Positions 1 through 11,600 of a stretch of 55,076 nucleotides of DNA are shown piece after piece. This stretch comes from Chara braunii (Eukaryota > Plantae > Charophyceae). The notes below the pieces were generated by a model, which saw nothing but the letters and a program-made list of their open reading frames with translations, ran no database searches and was not told the origin of the DNA. Within the stretch, counting starts at the first letter, position 1, and every line of letters begins with the position of its first letter. The DNA lies in contig BFEA01000004.1 of the NCBI GenBank assembly GCA_003427395.1, positions 8,428,303-8,483,378 of the forward strand. The letters run 5' to 3'. The position numbers were made by a program, and so were the translations under genes.

Positions 1-512
1 GTTCGTATACCTTGTAAAATGAATGTTGACTCTGATCAGGCATCTATCATCTGCCTCAGGATGTCTGTGTTTTCTGGCTCGATTGCTTGTCTGGAATTCG
101 TATCCGGATGGGACTCTATCAATTGAGCGCCTGATTCTCGATACATTGACCCTGCCACGTACCAAGATCGCTTCCCCTCTCCTATCTTCTTCTTCTTTTC
201 TTCTTTTTTTTTTTAAAAAAATAAATAACCTGAAACAGGGTACTAGGGAAGATGGTACGAGCATGCCCCCCTAGTACCCTATTTTGGTTGCTCCGATCTA
301 TTTGTGGGGAGCATCACATTGCTCGAAAACGGGTCCAGTGTCCCTTGAATACATTATCTTGAATTTTGACNTAAGTTGGTATGTGCCTGAACCAGATTTG
401 AAAAGCTACCTCTTCACTCGTTTGAGCGAGCGCCAGATCTCTATCCTTAATATGTAAGCAACTATTTCCATACCAGCGAAGCTGGAACTTCTGCTTTAGG
501 CCAGAAGGACTT

Positions 513-1390
513 TTAGTCCGAACCAAACCAACTCAGGGGGACCAGACACCCTGCCGAGGGTGGAAAAGGGTACGGGAATTCTGACATAGGACTCAGAGGA
601 ATAGAGGGATCGAAGTTTGTCCAGTCATGAAAGCTGAGATAATAGTCTCTTTTGAACTCTTGTTTTTCTTCTGCCTGTTGATCAGCCTTTTCCCCCTTCC
701 ATATGACCTTTCCCAATTTTCCTCCCTGCTGACCCCCAAGCCAAGCGCCACTGAAGTTTTGAAGATGTTGGAGAATTTCCGTTTTGGATGATAAAAATTT
801 GACTCTCTCTTTAACTTTTTCCCACTTCGTTGTGATTTCCATGTGATTTGTTGTTTGATTGACTCCATGAATTCTTGACCATCCAGTCTTGCTCCCTCCA
901 TTTCATAGGTGCACCCACGACGCCAGATGGCCCATATGAGTGCTCTTCGTCCAATAATAAGTGAAATCATCTAATTGATCCGGCTTCCAAGCCTCGCATA
1001 ACAAGGCTTTCCAATCCCATGGCCAATTGTGCGTTGTACCTAGTTGATTCCATATCCTATCCCACCATCTCCACATCCAAACCGCTCCAGGACATTGTAT
1101 AAAGATATGTTCTATTGTTTCCGGGATTTTTATAGAGGGGAATGCTGAGATGCACAGTTTGCACCATGGAAACGCGAACCCCTTCTTCTCCACTGAAGTT
1201 CTATCAATGATCCAATAATTTGTTGGGAGACATCGGTGTTCTATTTGCCATTGTAGCGCTGCTACTTTGGCTGGTCTGGACTTATGTTTTTGAACCATTT
1301 AATATTTCTCATGGCCTCTTTACTTACATTCAGATGATTCATCCATCTTGATTCCACCCTATCCTTTAGATTCAATCTAGGTCTTAACAT
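513..1390 (-). pseudogene. C-terminal part of LINE A ORF2 (zf-RVT-like), broken by frameshifts
   Basis: WCKLC...ETIEHIFIQC; colinear with 37080-37890 of LINE C. Confidence 0.85.
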
Positions 1391-4000
1391 TCAGTATGTT
1401 GATTTATCTGTTAGCGTATGGAGGGGTCGGAAACACTTCCTTTTTCTATCAAAGGAGGCGGTCCAGACCCAACTGACCGGATCCAGAGGTAACTTATCTA
1501 TTGCGGTCTTGGGTCTGAAGGCATACCATTGCTTCTTTTCCTCTAATACTCTTATCCTGAAGGCTTGTTCCTGTTTTATCCATTGTGTTTCCTGCGGGTG
1601 TGTTTGTTGTAGGATATTGTTATATCCTAACCTATAGATAGTCAGTAGGATTTCCCCCTCCCCCGCCATCGTAATCACATTCCCTATCTGCTGGTCGTTA
1701 TCATACAGACCTACCCAGTCTCCTTCTCGTAGGTTAGGTCCTTTTCTTAAGATTCTGACCCAGTCTAGAGGGACAAAATCTATTATTAGTTCAAGAGATG
1801 ATTCAACTTGTCTGCAATATTTTAGTCTAGATGATAGATCAGTGTAAGTTATCCAATTTTTGGTTTCTTTATTCAAGATATCTCCTACCCTGAGGATTCC
1901 ATTTTTTACCCATCCCCTCCATGGGGAGTCCATACAGTGTAGCATCCTCCCTTGTGAGTCTGGAATCCATCTGTTGTCAAAGAGTGGTTGTTGACAAACT
2001 TCCTCCCATCTTTCTGGAGAGGTCTTGTCCGGTAGAGGCAATTTTCTCCATGTTTTGAGAAGATCTTGCCAGAAGGAATCATTCTTCATATCTAATCTCG
2101 CTGCTTGTTGTTTCGAGATTGACTCCTGGTTACACACCTGCGTTCTTCTTCTAGTTATAGACCAGTTGCGATTCTCTATCCATATCATGGGGTCCGTATC
2201 TTCAGGGACTTCCGGTGCGAGTCTTTCAATTTGTTCCCAGGCTAAGGCTATCCAGGGTGTTTGTGGTTTGAATAATAATCGTTTAATCCATTGGATAGCC
2301 AGAGCCATTACTTGAGTAGCCGGGTCCAATATGCCTAGTCCTCCTTTTGTCTTTGGTTGTACTACTGCTTGCCACACAACTCTACTTATAACATTTTTGT
2401 GATCATGATTGCCTCGCCAAAGGTAGGTCGTTACTTGTCTCTTAAGTGCTTTTAAAACTACTTTGTCTAGAGACCAAATTGTTGCTTTATACCATAAGGA
2501 AGCGAATATAACATTATTGATGATAGGTGTCCTGCCTATGATAGATGTTTGTTTGTCCTTCCATTGTTCCATTTTTGTTAGGGCTGGTTTAGTTATCCAT
2601 TCATTATTTGCCTGAGGTTTAACTTCTGCAGACAATGTTATCCCCAACACTCTAATGGGTGTTGTGGGGGGTAACCAGTTGATATGAGGTAGTTCTGGTG
2701 GTCTCACCCCTTGGTGATGAATCCACCACCCTTGAGTCTTGTTCCCCCAGTTAATTTCCATGTCTGAGAGATAGCAAAATTTGTTCAATAATTTTTGGAT
2801 TTCCTCCATGTTATCATGGGAGGCATCCACCATTAGCGAGAGATCGTCTGCAAATAGAGAGCAAACTGGGATGGCCTCCTTGGGGAGGTATGAGACTTGA
2901 ATACGGCTAACATCCTTGTTTTGTCTTAAATTGGCCGATAAGGCTTCCATCATAATAACAAAAAGAAAGGGTGCAATAGGGTCTCCTTGTCTCACCGACC
3001 GTTGAAGATCAATTGGTGGTGCTAGGTTACCATTGATCATCACCCTTGTTGTAGCATTAGAATGTAATATCTCAACCCATCTACGAAAGTCTGGACCAAA
3101 GTTTAGTTTTTCCAGACATTTATCTAGAAATAACCAGTCGACATGATCGTAAGCCTTTTCAAAGTCAATGAAAACAAAGGCCGCATTATGTTTCGACTGT
3201 CTAGACAACTTAATTAATTCGTTAACTAGAAGAATGTTGTCCTGGATATTCCTTCCTTCGATGAACCCTGTCTGCGTAGGGTGAATAATGTCTGCTATAA
3301 CTTTCCTCAATTGATTTGCTAGGGCTTTCGCGGCCATTTTGTACACCACAATGAGCAGAGTGATTGGTCTGTAGTTTTTAATGTTCGTTCTCTCTCCTTT
3401 TTTATATAGAAGAGTTAGAATGTCTTGGCCTATCACCTCTCCCATTCTACCTGTCCTCCATACTTCGTTGTAGAAATCCATAAGATCATGTGAAAGATGT
3501 TCCCACATCAACTCCCAAAATTCCTTTGGGAGACCATCTATGCCTGGGGTTTTTTCTTCTTCCATCATCATCAGGGCTGTCCAAATTTCATCTTTTGAGA
3601 GAGGTTTTTCTAGCATCTCCTTCTGTACTTCTGTCAATGCGTTAGAGAGAGGTGCTAGAAATTCTTCAATCTCTTGTTCTCGTTGATGTCTGGGTATATT
3701 GTTGCATTTTGACTTTAAAAACTCCTTGTAATAATTCCTTGCTATCAATGAACAAGCTGCAGTCGAGATGGCCCAGGGTCCCTGAGGATTTTGGGGGTCA
3801 GAAAGTGCTTCTATCACCGATCTTCCGGTTCTAACCTTTGCAATGGCAAAAAACCTGGCATCCATCACTCCTTCCGTGTTGTATCCTTTCAATTTTCCTC
3901 TAATTCTTATTCCTTGCCATCTGTACTCCATGTAAGAATAAAGTTTGGATTCTATATTTCTAATCTCTTCTGTTACCAAATTTAAACCCTCCTCGTCCAT
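1391..4000 (-). pseudogene. LINE ORF2 reverse transcriptase region (endonuclease lost by 5' truncation)
   Basis: Motifs KTPGIDG, NYRPITLL, DFEKAYD, RQGDP, LFADD, KGGLGI; premature stop at 1391. Confidence 0.92.
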
Positions 4001-4142
4001 TGAATCTTCTTCACACCGCGCGCGCCCGAGAGAGAGAGAGAGAGAGAGAAGGTGGGGGAGAAGCGTCCCACTAGCAAAGAGGATGGGATGAGGATCCGAA
4101 TCTATACATGTTTTATGCAGATCTGTGTATGTCCAGATTTTC

Positions 4143-4211
4143 TTTAGTCCTCTAGAACAATTTGCTATTATTCCATTGATTCCTTTTCATATAGGAAACT
4201 TGTATCTTTCA
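4143..4211 (+). pseudogene. atp6: Mitochondrial atp6 fragment (micro-NUMT)
   Basis: Translates FSPLEQFAIIPLIPFHIGNLYLS, the conserved start of the plant ATP6 core; AT-rich relative to flanks. Confidence 0.85.
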
Positions 4212-4587
4212 ACCAGTGGTAATGACCCTTTTTACTTCTTCTCTTTTTACCATACCCCATTGAAAGATGGGAATCCCTGCTATACCCAGTCCCAGTGGCC
4301 AACTTTTGTCTATACCCAGAAATGGCCTGTAGAAATTAATTGCAAGCCCAGGACCCAAGGTGGTCCAAGGTTGGTAGCAAGCCCCAACTACCTGAATGCT
4401 CAAATTATGGACATATCCAACCAAATTATGTGCATACCCTGGACTGAGGTGGACCAGCCAAACTGTGCTTATACACGTCACCAGATGGCTGTAATCATCC
4501 TCACGCCCAACGGCCATTGAGCCACACAGATCCATGGGGAAATTACTGTTATACCTAAGTACTGGCCCCAAAGGTCCCACTAGCACA

Positions 4588-4615
4588 GAGGATTGAATTT
4601 AGCACCTGCATCTTG

Positions 4616-4648
<33 letters not shown>

Positions 4649-4776
4649 CACCTGCATCTTGAAGTGTTTGTGGAGAGGTGCAGAAAATCTGGACATACAC
4701 AGATCTGCATAAAACATGTACAAATTCGGGTGCTCATCCCATCCTATTTGCTAGTGGGACGCTTCTCCCCCACCTT

Positions 4777-4814
<38 letters not shown>

Positions 4815-4995
4815 CGCGCGTGCGCGCGGTGTGTCAATCCACACACGTGGGGGGAGAGAGGGTGAGAGAGGGAGAACGAGAGAGAGGGCAAGATCCCACT
4901 GGCAAAGGATTGGATAAAGCATCTGAATCTGGATGTGTTTCATGCAGAGATGCACCTGTCCACAGACACGTACAGATTCAGGTGCTATAATCCTC
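4588..4995. mobile_element. MITE-like foldback element with internal (CT)n/(CG)n; partial inverted copy at 4012-4142
   Basis: gaggatt..tagcacctgcatct at 4588 is the inverted match of agattcaggtgctataatcctc ending at 4995; 4012-4142 is the reverse complement of ~4682-4834. Confidence 0.6.
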
Positions 4996-5001
4996 GGCCC
5001 C

Positions 5002-5071
<70 letters not shown>

Positions 5072-5096
5072 NNNNNNNNNNNNNNNNNNNNNNNNN

Positions 5097-5152
<56 letters not shown>

Positions 5153-5183
5153 CTCTGTACACTAAAAAAAAGCATGACTGTAC

Positions 5184-5240
5184 CAGACTATTTCGTCGGA
5201 CTTTCACCCACTCATCAAGAGATTGAACCCCGACAGTCTG
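5184..5240 (-). ncRNA. Type III hammerhead ribozyme (complete fold, C3->U variant)
   Basis: Minus strand: CAGACUG-U-C | GGGGU UCA AUCUC UUGAUGA GUGGG UGAAAGU CCGAC GAAA UAGUCUG; stems I, II and III form; GUC cleavage triplet. Confidence 0.85.
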
Positions 5241-5573
5241 CCCAGGATGCATTTGACTGATGGATAAGGACTCACCACATCGCCCAGAGTTAGGGATACC
5301 CCTGAGAAAAGTGGTAGACTTTACTCACAACAACCTTGCAATCCTAGCAGACTGCCGGCCCAAACCCCTGACAAGAACGGTAGTAAGTCTCAGAAACTAA
5401 TCTGACACAGTCATAAAACCCACTCTACACACCCACTCAGCCATGGACACCCAATGGCATGACCACTAGTACGGTCCCGGCCCTAGCTGCATCGATCCGT
5501 TGAACGGGGAGCTTAGCAAGGTCGTGTTGTGTGTTGTCATATTCGCTATACACTCAAAAAAGCACGACTTTAC

Positions 5574-5613
5574 CAGACTGTTTCGTCGGACTTTCACCGA
5601 CTCATCAGGAGGT
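5574..5613 (-). ncRNA. Hammerhead ribozyme 3' portion with canonical core (lacks the cleavage-site strand)
   Basis: ACCUC CUGAUGA GUCGG UGAAAGU CCGAC GAAA CAGUCUG; exactly 390 bp from the first copy. Confidence 0.85.
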
Positions 5614-5640
5614 GTGTGTGTGTGTCTTGTTTTATCTTCT

Positions 5641-5790
5641 TGTTTTTTTTTTTCCTGTGTCAAGACGTAAAAAAATGTTAACTTCCTGCCAGCATTGATT
5701 GCCCTGGGGACCCAGGTGATTGACTGCGCAGGAGTGGAAGGGGGGGAGCCCCTTCAGCCCTGTGACCAGGCACTTGCAAGGAATATGAAC
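5641..5790 (-). mobile_element. LINE 3'-UTR fragment with poly(A)
   Basis: Reverse complement matches 38108-38198 of LINE C (gaag.ggctcccccc...cagtcaatc...gggcaatcaatgctggcagg); T-run at 5641-5653. Confidence 0.7.
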
Positions 5791-6253
5791 GAGAGCGATA
5801 GACAGATATCCAAGTTGCAAAATCACGAAGTAGTCCAGATAGTGATTTTTTATTTATTTATTTATTTATTTATTTATTTTTTTTGCGCCAACGCCATCGG
5901 TTAGCGCTCGGGCCCGCCCACACCACGTCGCGTCGCGCCGTACGGCTTCACTCAGCGGGACGCAAATTCGAAAACTTTCCCGCGCGCGATCTCCACGCGC
6001 TGACCCCATCGCTCGCCACCACCCGGGAAACACGCTCTGCGCGCTTCGCCCCATATGCTAGCCATCGCGCGGCGCCACGTCACGAAAGTGCCCTCCTAGG
6101 AGGGCCCAGAAAGGCGTGAAGGCCAGGAGTCGGAAGGAGGAGAGGAATGGGAAAGGGAGTATGAAGTAGAGGGAGAGAAGGAGAGGAGGAGAAGAAAAAG
6201 AGAGAGAGAGAGAGAAGAAAAAAGGAGGGGAAAGGGGGAGAGAGAGAGAGAGA

Positions 6254-6334
<81 letters not shown>

Positions 6335-8678
6335 GGAGAGAGAGCAAAAGAGAGAGAGAGAGAAGAAAGGGGGAGGAACCGCCCCGGAAGGGCGAACTGA
6401 GAAAGAACAAACGCGACCAAGAGAAAGTGGGGGAAAAGGACAACAGGAAGGAGTGTGAAATCCAAGTCCATCGACGGAAGCTGCTGGCGAACGAAGGGCC
6501 AAAGGAGAATTTTTTACGCAACACCCAAAACCGAAGATCGACGAGGAAGGAAACTCCTAAGGAGAAGCCAATCGAGAAGGCAAAAACGCGAGAGCAGAAG
6601 ACACACCAACATTTTCATTGGAATTGACAAGTGAGATCTACACCATACTTTTCTGACACAAGAGTCACTCTACAACACGATAGCATCTACTGATTCCATA
6701 ACAGTAACACAGACGTTTACCCACCGGCCCTAAAACTCTACCTAGACCCACTATCCCCATCCATCCACCGCCATCAACAACTTTCGCTCATCAACCTCGT
6801 CAAATCCCAGTTCTCTTCCCCCCATTCTCACCGTTTCGCCATTCGAGACCCCCTCCCCACCCCTTCGAGATTCCACACCACACGCAACATTCAACCACAA
6901 CATCCATCATCCAATAATTCCATCATGGACCCTCCTTCACCGACCCGACGACCACCCGAAGCCCAATCAGCCCCCCCCCGTACTCCCCTCCACCCTCCCA
7001 CGTCCCGATTTTCCCCCAGTCCCACTCTACACCCTCCTGGCACACAGACTACCCCCAATCAGAGCCCAGCCAAACCCCACCCTCTTCACACACCAAACCC
7101 AACCCCCCACCTACCCTGACTCTACCCGACCTCCGCCTTCCTGCCATCTCGATCCCAACTCCTTCTAACCTACTCCCGACTCAGCGACCACACCGATACC
7201 AGCAGTTCCCTACCCCGACCTCCCCTCACCCCCACCCCGGTGGCATACCATTCCAACCCCACCGGCACCCGGTTCCCATCCCGATCCCTTTTCCTATCCT
7301 CTACTCCGCTCCCACAGCTGAACCCACCTACTTCCCATCCCGACGCGATAATGATACCAACAACCATAACCCAGACTCCCCCCCATTTCCATCCTATCCA
7401 TACTCCCTCCTTCCCACACACTCCCCCCGATCTAAACCAAATCAACCACCAACCCCTCTCCAACTAGCCTCTACTCCCCCCCCCATCCCGTCCCCTCCAA
7501 CGGCCATACCACGGCCATCCCGGCCCAACTCAATCCCCCAACCCGTACCCTTTCTCATTCCGCCTCTATCTCGACCTTCCGCTTCGCCTACCGTGCGCCC
7601 TCCTAACACTTACACCATTAACAAGCGGCCACTTCCCTACGTCTACCAAATCTCAGATCGTGCACAATGTGTCCACCACCCAACCCCACCCCGAACACAT
7701 CTCGATCCGACCTTGCACCCCCCCCATTCTTATACACCCCGACCCACATCCTGAAGTCCCCCCGCTTCCACCCCACCCCCCCCAGTCCCCAGACCCTTCC
7801 CAACCCCGTCACCACCCGCCCCCTTCCCGACCATATACCTTTCTTCCCTCCACATCTATCACGTCCCCGATCCCGACCTCAGCCCGCACTCAACTTTTCC
7901 TTCTATCCAGCCTCCTTTCCTATCCTCTACCCCGCTCCCATAGTTGAACTTGCCTACTTCCCATCCCCACATGATAACGATTCCAACAACCATAACCCAG
8001 ACTCCCATCCACTACCACCCTATCCATACTCCCTCCTTCCCACACCCTCCCCCCGAATCGTGCTCCTTTCCAACACTTACATCGTTACCAATCTATTACT
8101 CTCCTACGTCTACCAAACCTCAGATCGCGTGCAATCTGTCCACCATCCATCCCCACCCCATACACATCTCGATCGGACCTTTCACCCACCCCGTCCCTAC
8201 CCAATTCCTGCCTTACCCCCCCCCCCCTTCCCATTCTGCCTCCCCCCCCCGATCTCTCCCAACTCCCACACCGCCGCCGTCCCGATCCCAGAAAACTTTG
8301 ACCAGATCCCCCTCCACTCCCACCTACACCACAATCTGATCTCGCCCCACACCCAACCCCACCAGATTCGAACCACCTTACACCTCCACTCCACCACCAC
8401 ACCCATCCCAATCCGAGGCCCCCCAAATCCTATACCACCGACGTCCAGACCCCAACTCCACCCCTTCCCGCTCTCACCCCACCTGTCACCCCGCACCCGT
8501 TGGGCTTCCATCCCAACCGGAGCAGGGTCTAACGTCACACTCATCCCCATCCAGCCCACGGAATTCCCCTCCCCACTAACAACCCAAGATTCCCCCAATT
8601 GTCACCCAGCTCCCCCACATTAAAAGCACACCCAGCAAAACTTAGTCGGAAGTCCAATATCAGCGCCACACAACAAAG

Positions 8679-11600
8679 ATGGAGGGTATGGGAATTGAAA
8701 CACAGAATTGGCTCGCCGAGCAAACATGGTCAACACTTGTCAAAACCACTAAGCTCTTAGATCAAGGAGGAAGCCACAAAGAAGAGGTTGTGATCTACGA
8801 GTGTCCAAAAGAACTGACAACCAAGTCAGACGAACTACACAAAAATCACGCAGTGCTTTTCACCTTCGCTAAAAAAAAACAAGAGCTGGACAGGCAAGCG
8901 AAACTGAAGGGAGCTTCCTCCTTCACCAAGGGGGGGATCTAACCATCCAATCCTGGAACGTTAGGGGGCTGGCAACAATTCTGTCAAATGCAGAAAAGTG
9001 GCACTGCTTCTTAGCTACGACAGGATGTAACAACTCTAACCCCCCGGACATACTGTGTATACAAGAAAACCATATAACAAACACTAAAGCACACAGGGCA
9101 ATAGAAAAGGAGATCATTAGAAGAATGAGAAATTGTAGGGCTACAGTAACAGCCTGCAGTCCCCACCCATCTTCAGCAGGAGTACTCTCATTGATACACA
9201 GAAACACAGAAGTGACCAATCAGTCGCATATCACAGCAACTTCAGTGGAGCTCACGTCAGGAAGATGGACCAAAGTGGACCTGACTTACAGGGGAGAGGA
9301 ACTCTCAGTCATAAACATCTACGCTCCCAACTCGCCAACCGAGAGAACGTAATTTTTCACAGAAGTCAGAACGCTTCAGCAACCGCAAAGGCACACAATC
9401 ACAGTAGGAGATTGGAACATCATCCAAAACCCGCAATTGGACAAAATTTTGTGGGCAGAAGATACACCCCATGACCCAGCAAGAGCAATACTTACACAAC
9501 TCATACTAGAAAACAATCTGAAAGACCCCTACAGAATGCTAAATCCCGACAAAAAGGACTACACATGTATTAGGAAAACAGCTCAAGGCAGAACATATTT
9601 CTCAAGAATTGACTTCTTCCTCATATCTGACACGCTAGAAGGAGCAGTACAGGACAATCAAATAGGAGGATTACCGCATTATGACGACTTCGACCACAAC
9701 CCAATCAACATCACTCTGACCCTCACCTTAGACAACACCCCAGGAAGCAGTTTCTTCAAACTTAACACATCACTGCTCAACCTAAGTACATTCAAGCAAG
9801 GCTTACAGGAAAAGTGGGTAGAATTAAAGGAGAAATTCGGAAAAGGGGAAATTCTAAACGATCTCCCACTAGCGGTTTGAAAGATAGGTGAATGGGCAAA
9901 TCTCTTTTCGAGGAAAGAAGCCAGTAAGAGGAGAGCAAGACAAGAAAGTCTGGAAGCAATGGTAGAACTTGCAAAATTTAACCTCATCACCAACCCAAGG
10001 GAGCCCCTTTACGAACAACTCCTCGAAGAAGCCAGAACAGAACTTAGACAATGGGCAGATTGGAAAAGACAGGGGCTAGCAATCAGAGCTAGAGTGAGAG
10101 ATTGGGAAAGCAACGAAGAAATGACGAAATTATTTTTCCAAAAGATCAGGGCGAATCACAGGAACAGCAGAATACACAGCCTCAAGGACACCCTAGGGAA
10201 CCTACAAACCACACAAGATGGGATATTGAAAGTAGGCTCAGACTTCTATCGATGCCTCTACACCTCCAAGACTAACCCGGACAACTACAACAATACCAGA
10301 AAGCGAGAGAAAAATTTCTAAAACATCTCGACAAAAGTCTTAAACAGGAAGTCATAGAATACCTGGAGAAGGACATCTCTAAAGAGGAACTTTTCCAAGC
10401 CCTCAAGAGTATGCAACCAAACAAAACCCCCGGAAGAAACGGCCTCCCGAAAGAATTATGGCAGGCCTACTGCCACCCACTATGTGATGCAACCACAACC
10501 TTCTTCCAAGAGGCCTTCGAAAGGGGGTCTCTCGGCGAGGAGTTCAGCACCGGGATAGTCACTCTCTTAAACAAAAAAGGGGATAGGACAGACATAAGGA
10601 ACTACAGACCCATAACTCTTATTCCGGTAGTATACAAAATCCTAGCAAAAGCTCTGGCCAACAGAATAAAGAATGTTACTAAAAAGTGTTTCCATTTAGA
10701 TCAACATGATTCATTCCAGGGAGATACATCCTGGACAATGTTTTTTTTTTTTTTTTTTTGAACAACCGAGGTGGTACTAGGGGTGCTGGTAAGAGCAGAC
10801 ACCGCTAGTACTCCCAGGGAGGCTCCATCTATTGGTGGGGAGCGGCACCTGCTGGAAATCGGGTCCAGTGTCCCTGAACATGCAGATTGTTGTAGGCTGG
10901 CAGTATTGATTGCCCTCCGGCGAAGGGATTGACTGCCCATCTGTGATCTACCTTTTTCTGTATACACCTGCCAACATTGATTGCCCGGAAGCCCGGGGAT
11001 TGACTGTGTATGCCTAAATGAAGCAACAAAGATAATAAAAGATAAAAAATTACAGGCAGCAATACTATTCTTCGACTTTGAAAAAGCGTACGACCAAGTC
11101 AACTGGGATTTCATACAACAAAGCATGGAAAAGATGGGGATAGAACCAAATTTCAGAAAATGGGTAAGAGTACTATACGGGGACGCCAGAGGGATGGTAC
11201 AAGTTAACGGGCATCTGTCTGAGAGGTACAAAATGTCTAGATCTGTCAGACAAGGAGACCCATTGGCAGCTCCAATTTTCCATTTCGTAATGGAGGCGAT
11301 AGCTGCCTTCCTACGCAAAGACCCTTCCATAGAAAGACTCTTAGCCCAGCACGAGGGAAGACCACTCTATATCCCCACAGTAATGCTTTTCGCGGACGAT
11401 CTCACTGTGCTTATCAGAGCGTCGGACTCATCCTTTCTGGCACTCACAAAAGCAATGCAGGCCTTTCAGCTAGCATCGAAAATGAAGATCTATTGGAACA
11501 AAACAATAGGTTGGTGGTTGTCTTCCTCTGATCCCCCCCAGCAAAACCAGGACACCCGGGGGATTACAATGGCTAGACGCCCAACATCCTGTGCGCTTCC

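Larger units (their letters stand above)
204..4010 (-). mobile_element. 5'-truncated L1/Tx1-like LINE (copy A) with 3' UTR and short poly(A)
   Basis: RT ORF, C-terminal Cys/His finger and structured 3' UTR; T-run on + strand at ~204-213; homologous to the LINE at 33492-38352. Confidence 0.9.
5150..5613 (-). mobile_element. Retrozyme-like non-coding element, ~1.15 copies of a 390-nt unit, flanked by (TG)n
   Basis: Direct repeats ~5157-5220 and ~5547-5610 carry the hammerhead cores; (TG)n lies on both sides. Confidence 0.7.

Noticed and set aside
7667-8623. 318-aa Pro-rich ORF as an extensin or ORF1
   Set aside because: Explained by C-rich low complexity; no domain motifs, and the duplicated segments do not keep the frame
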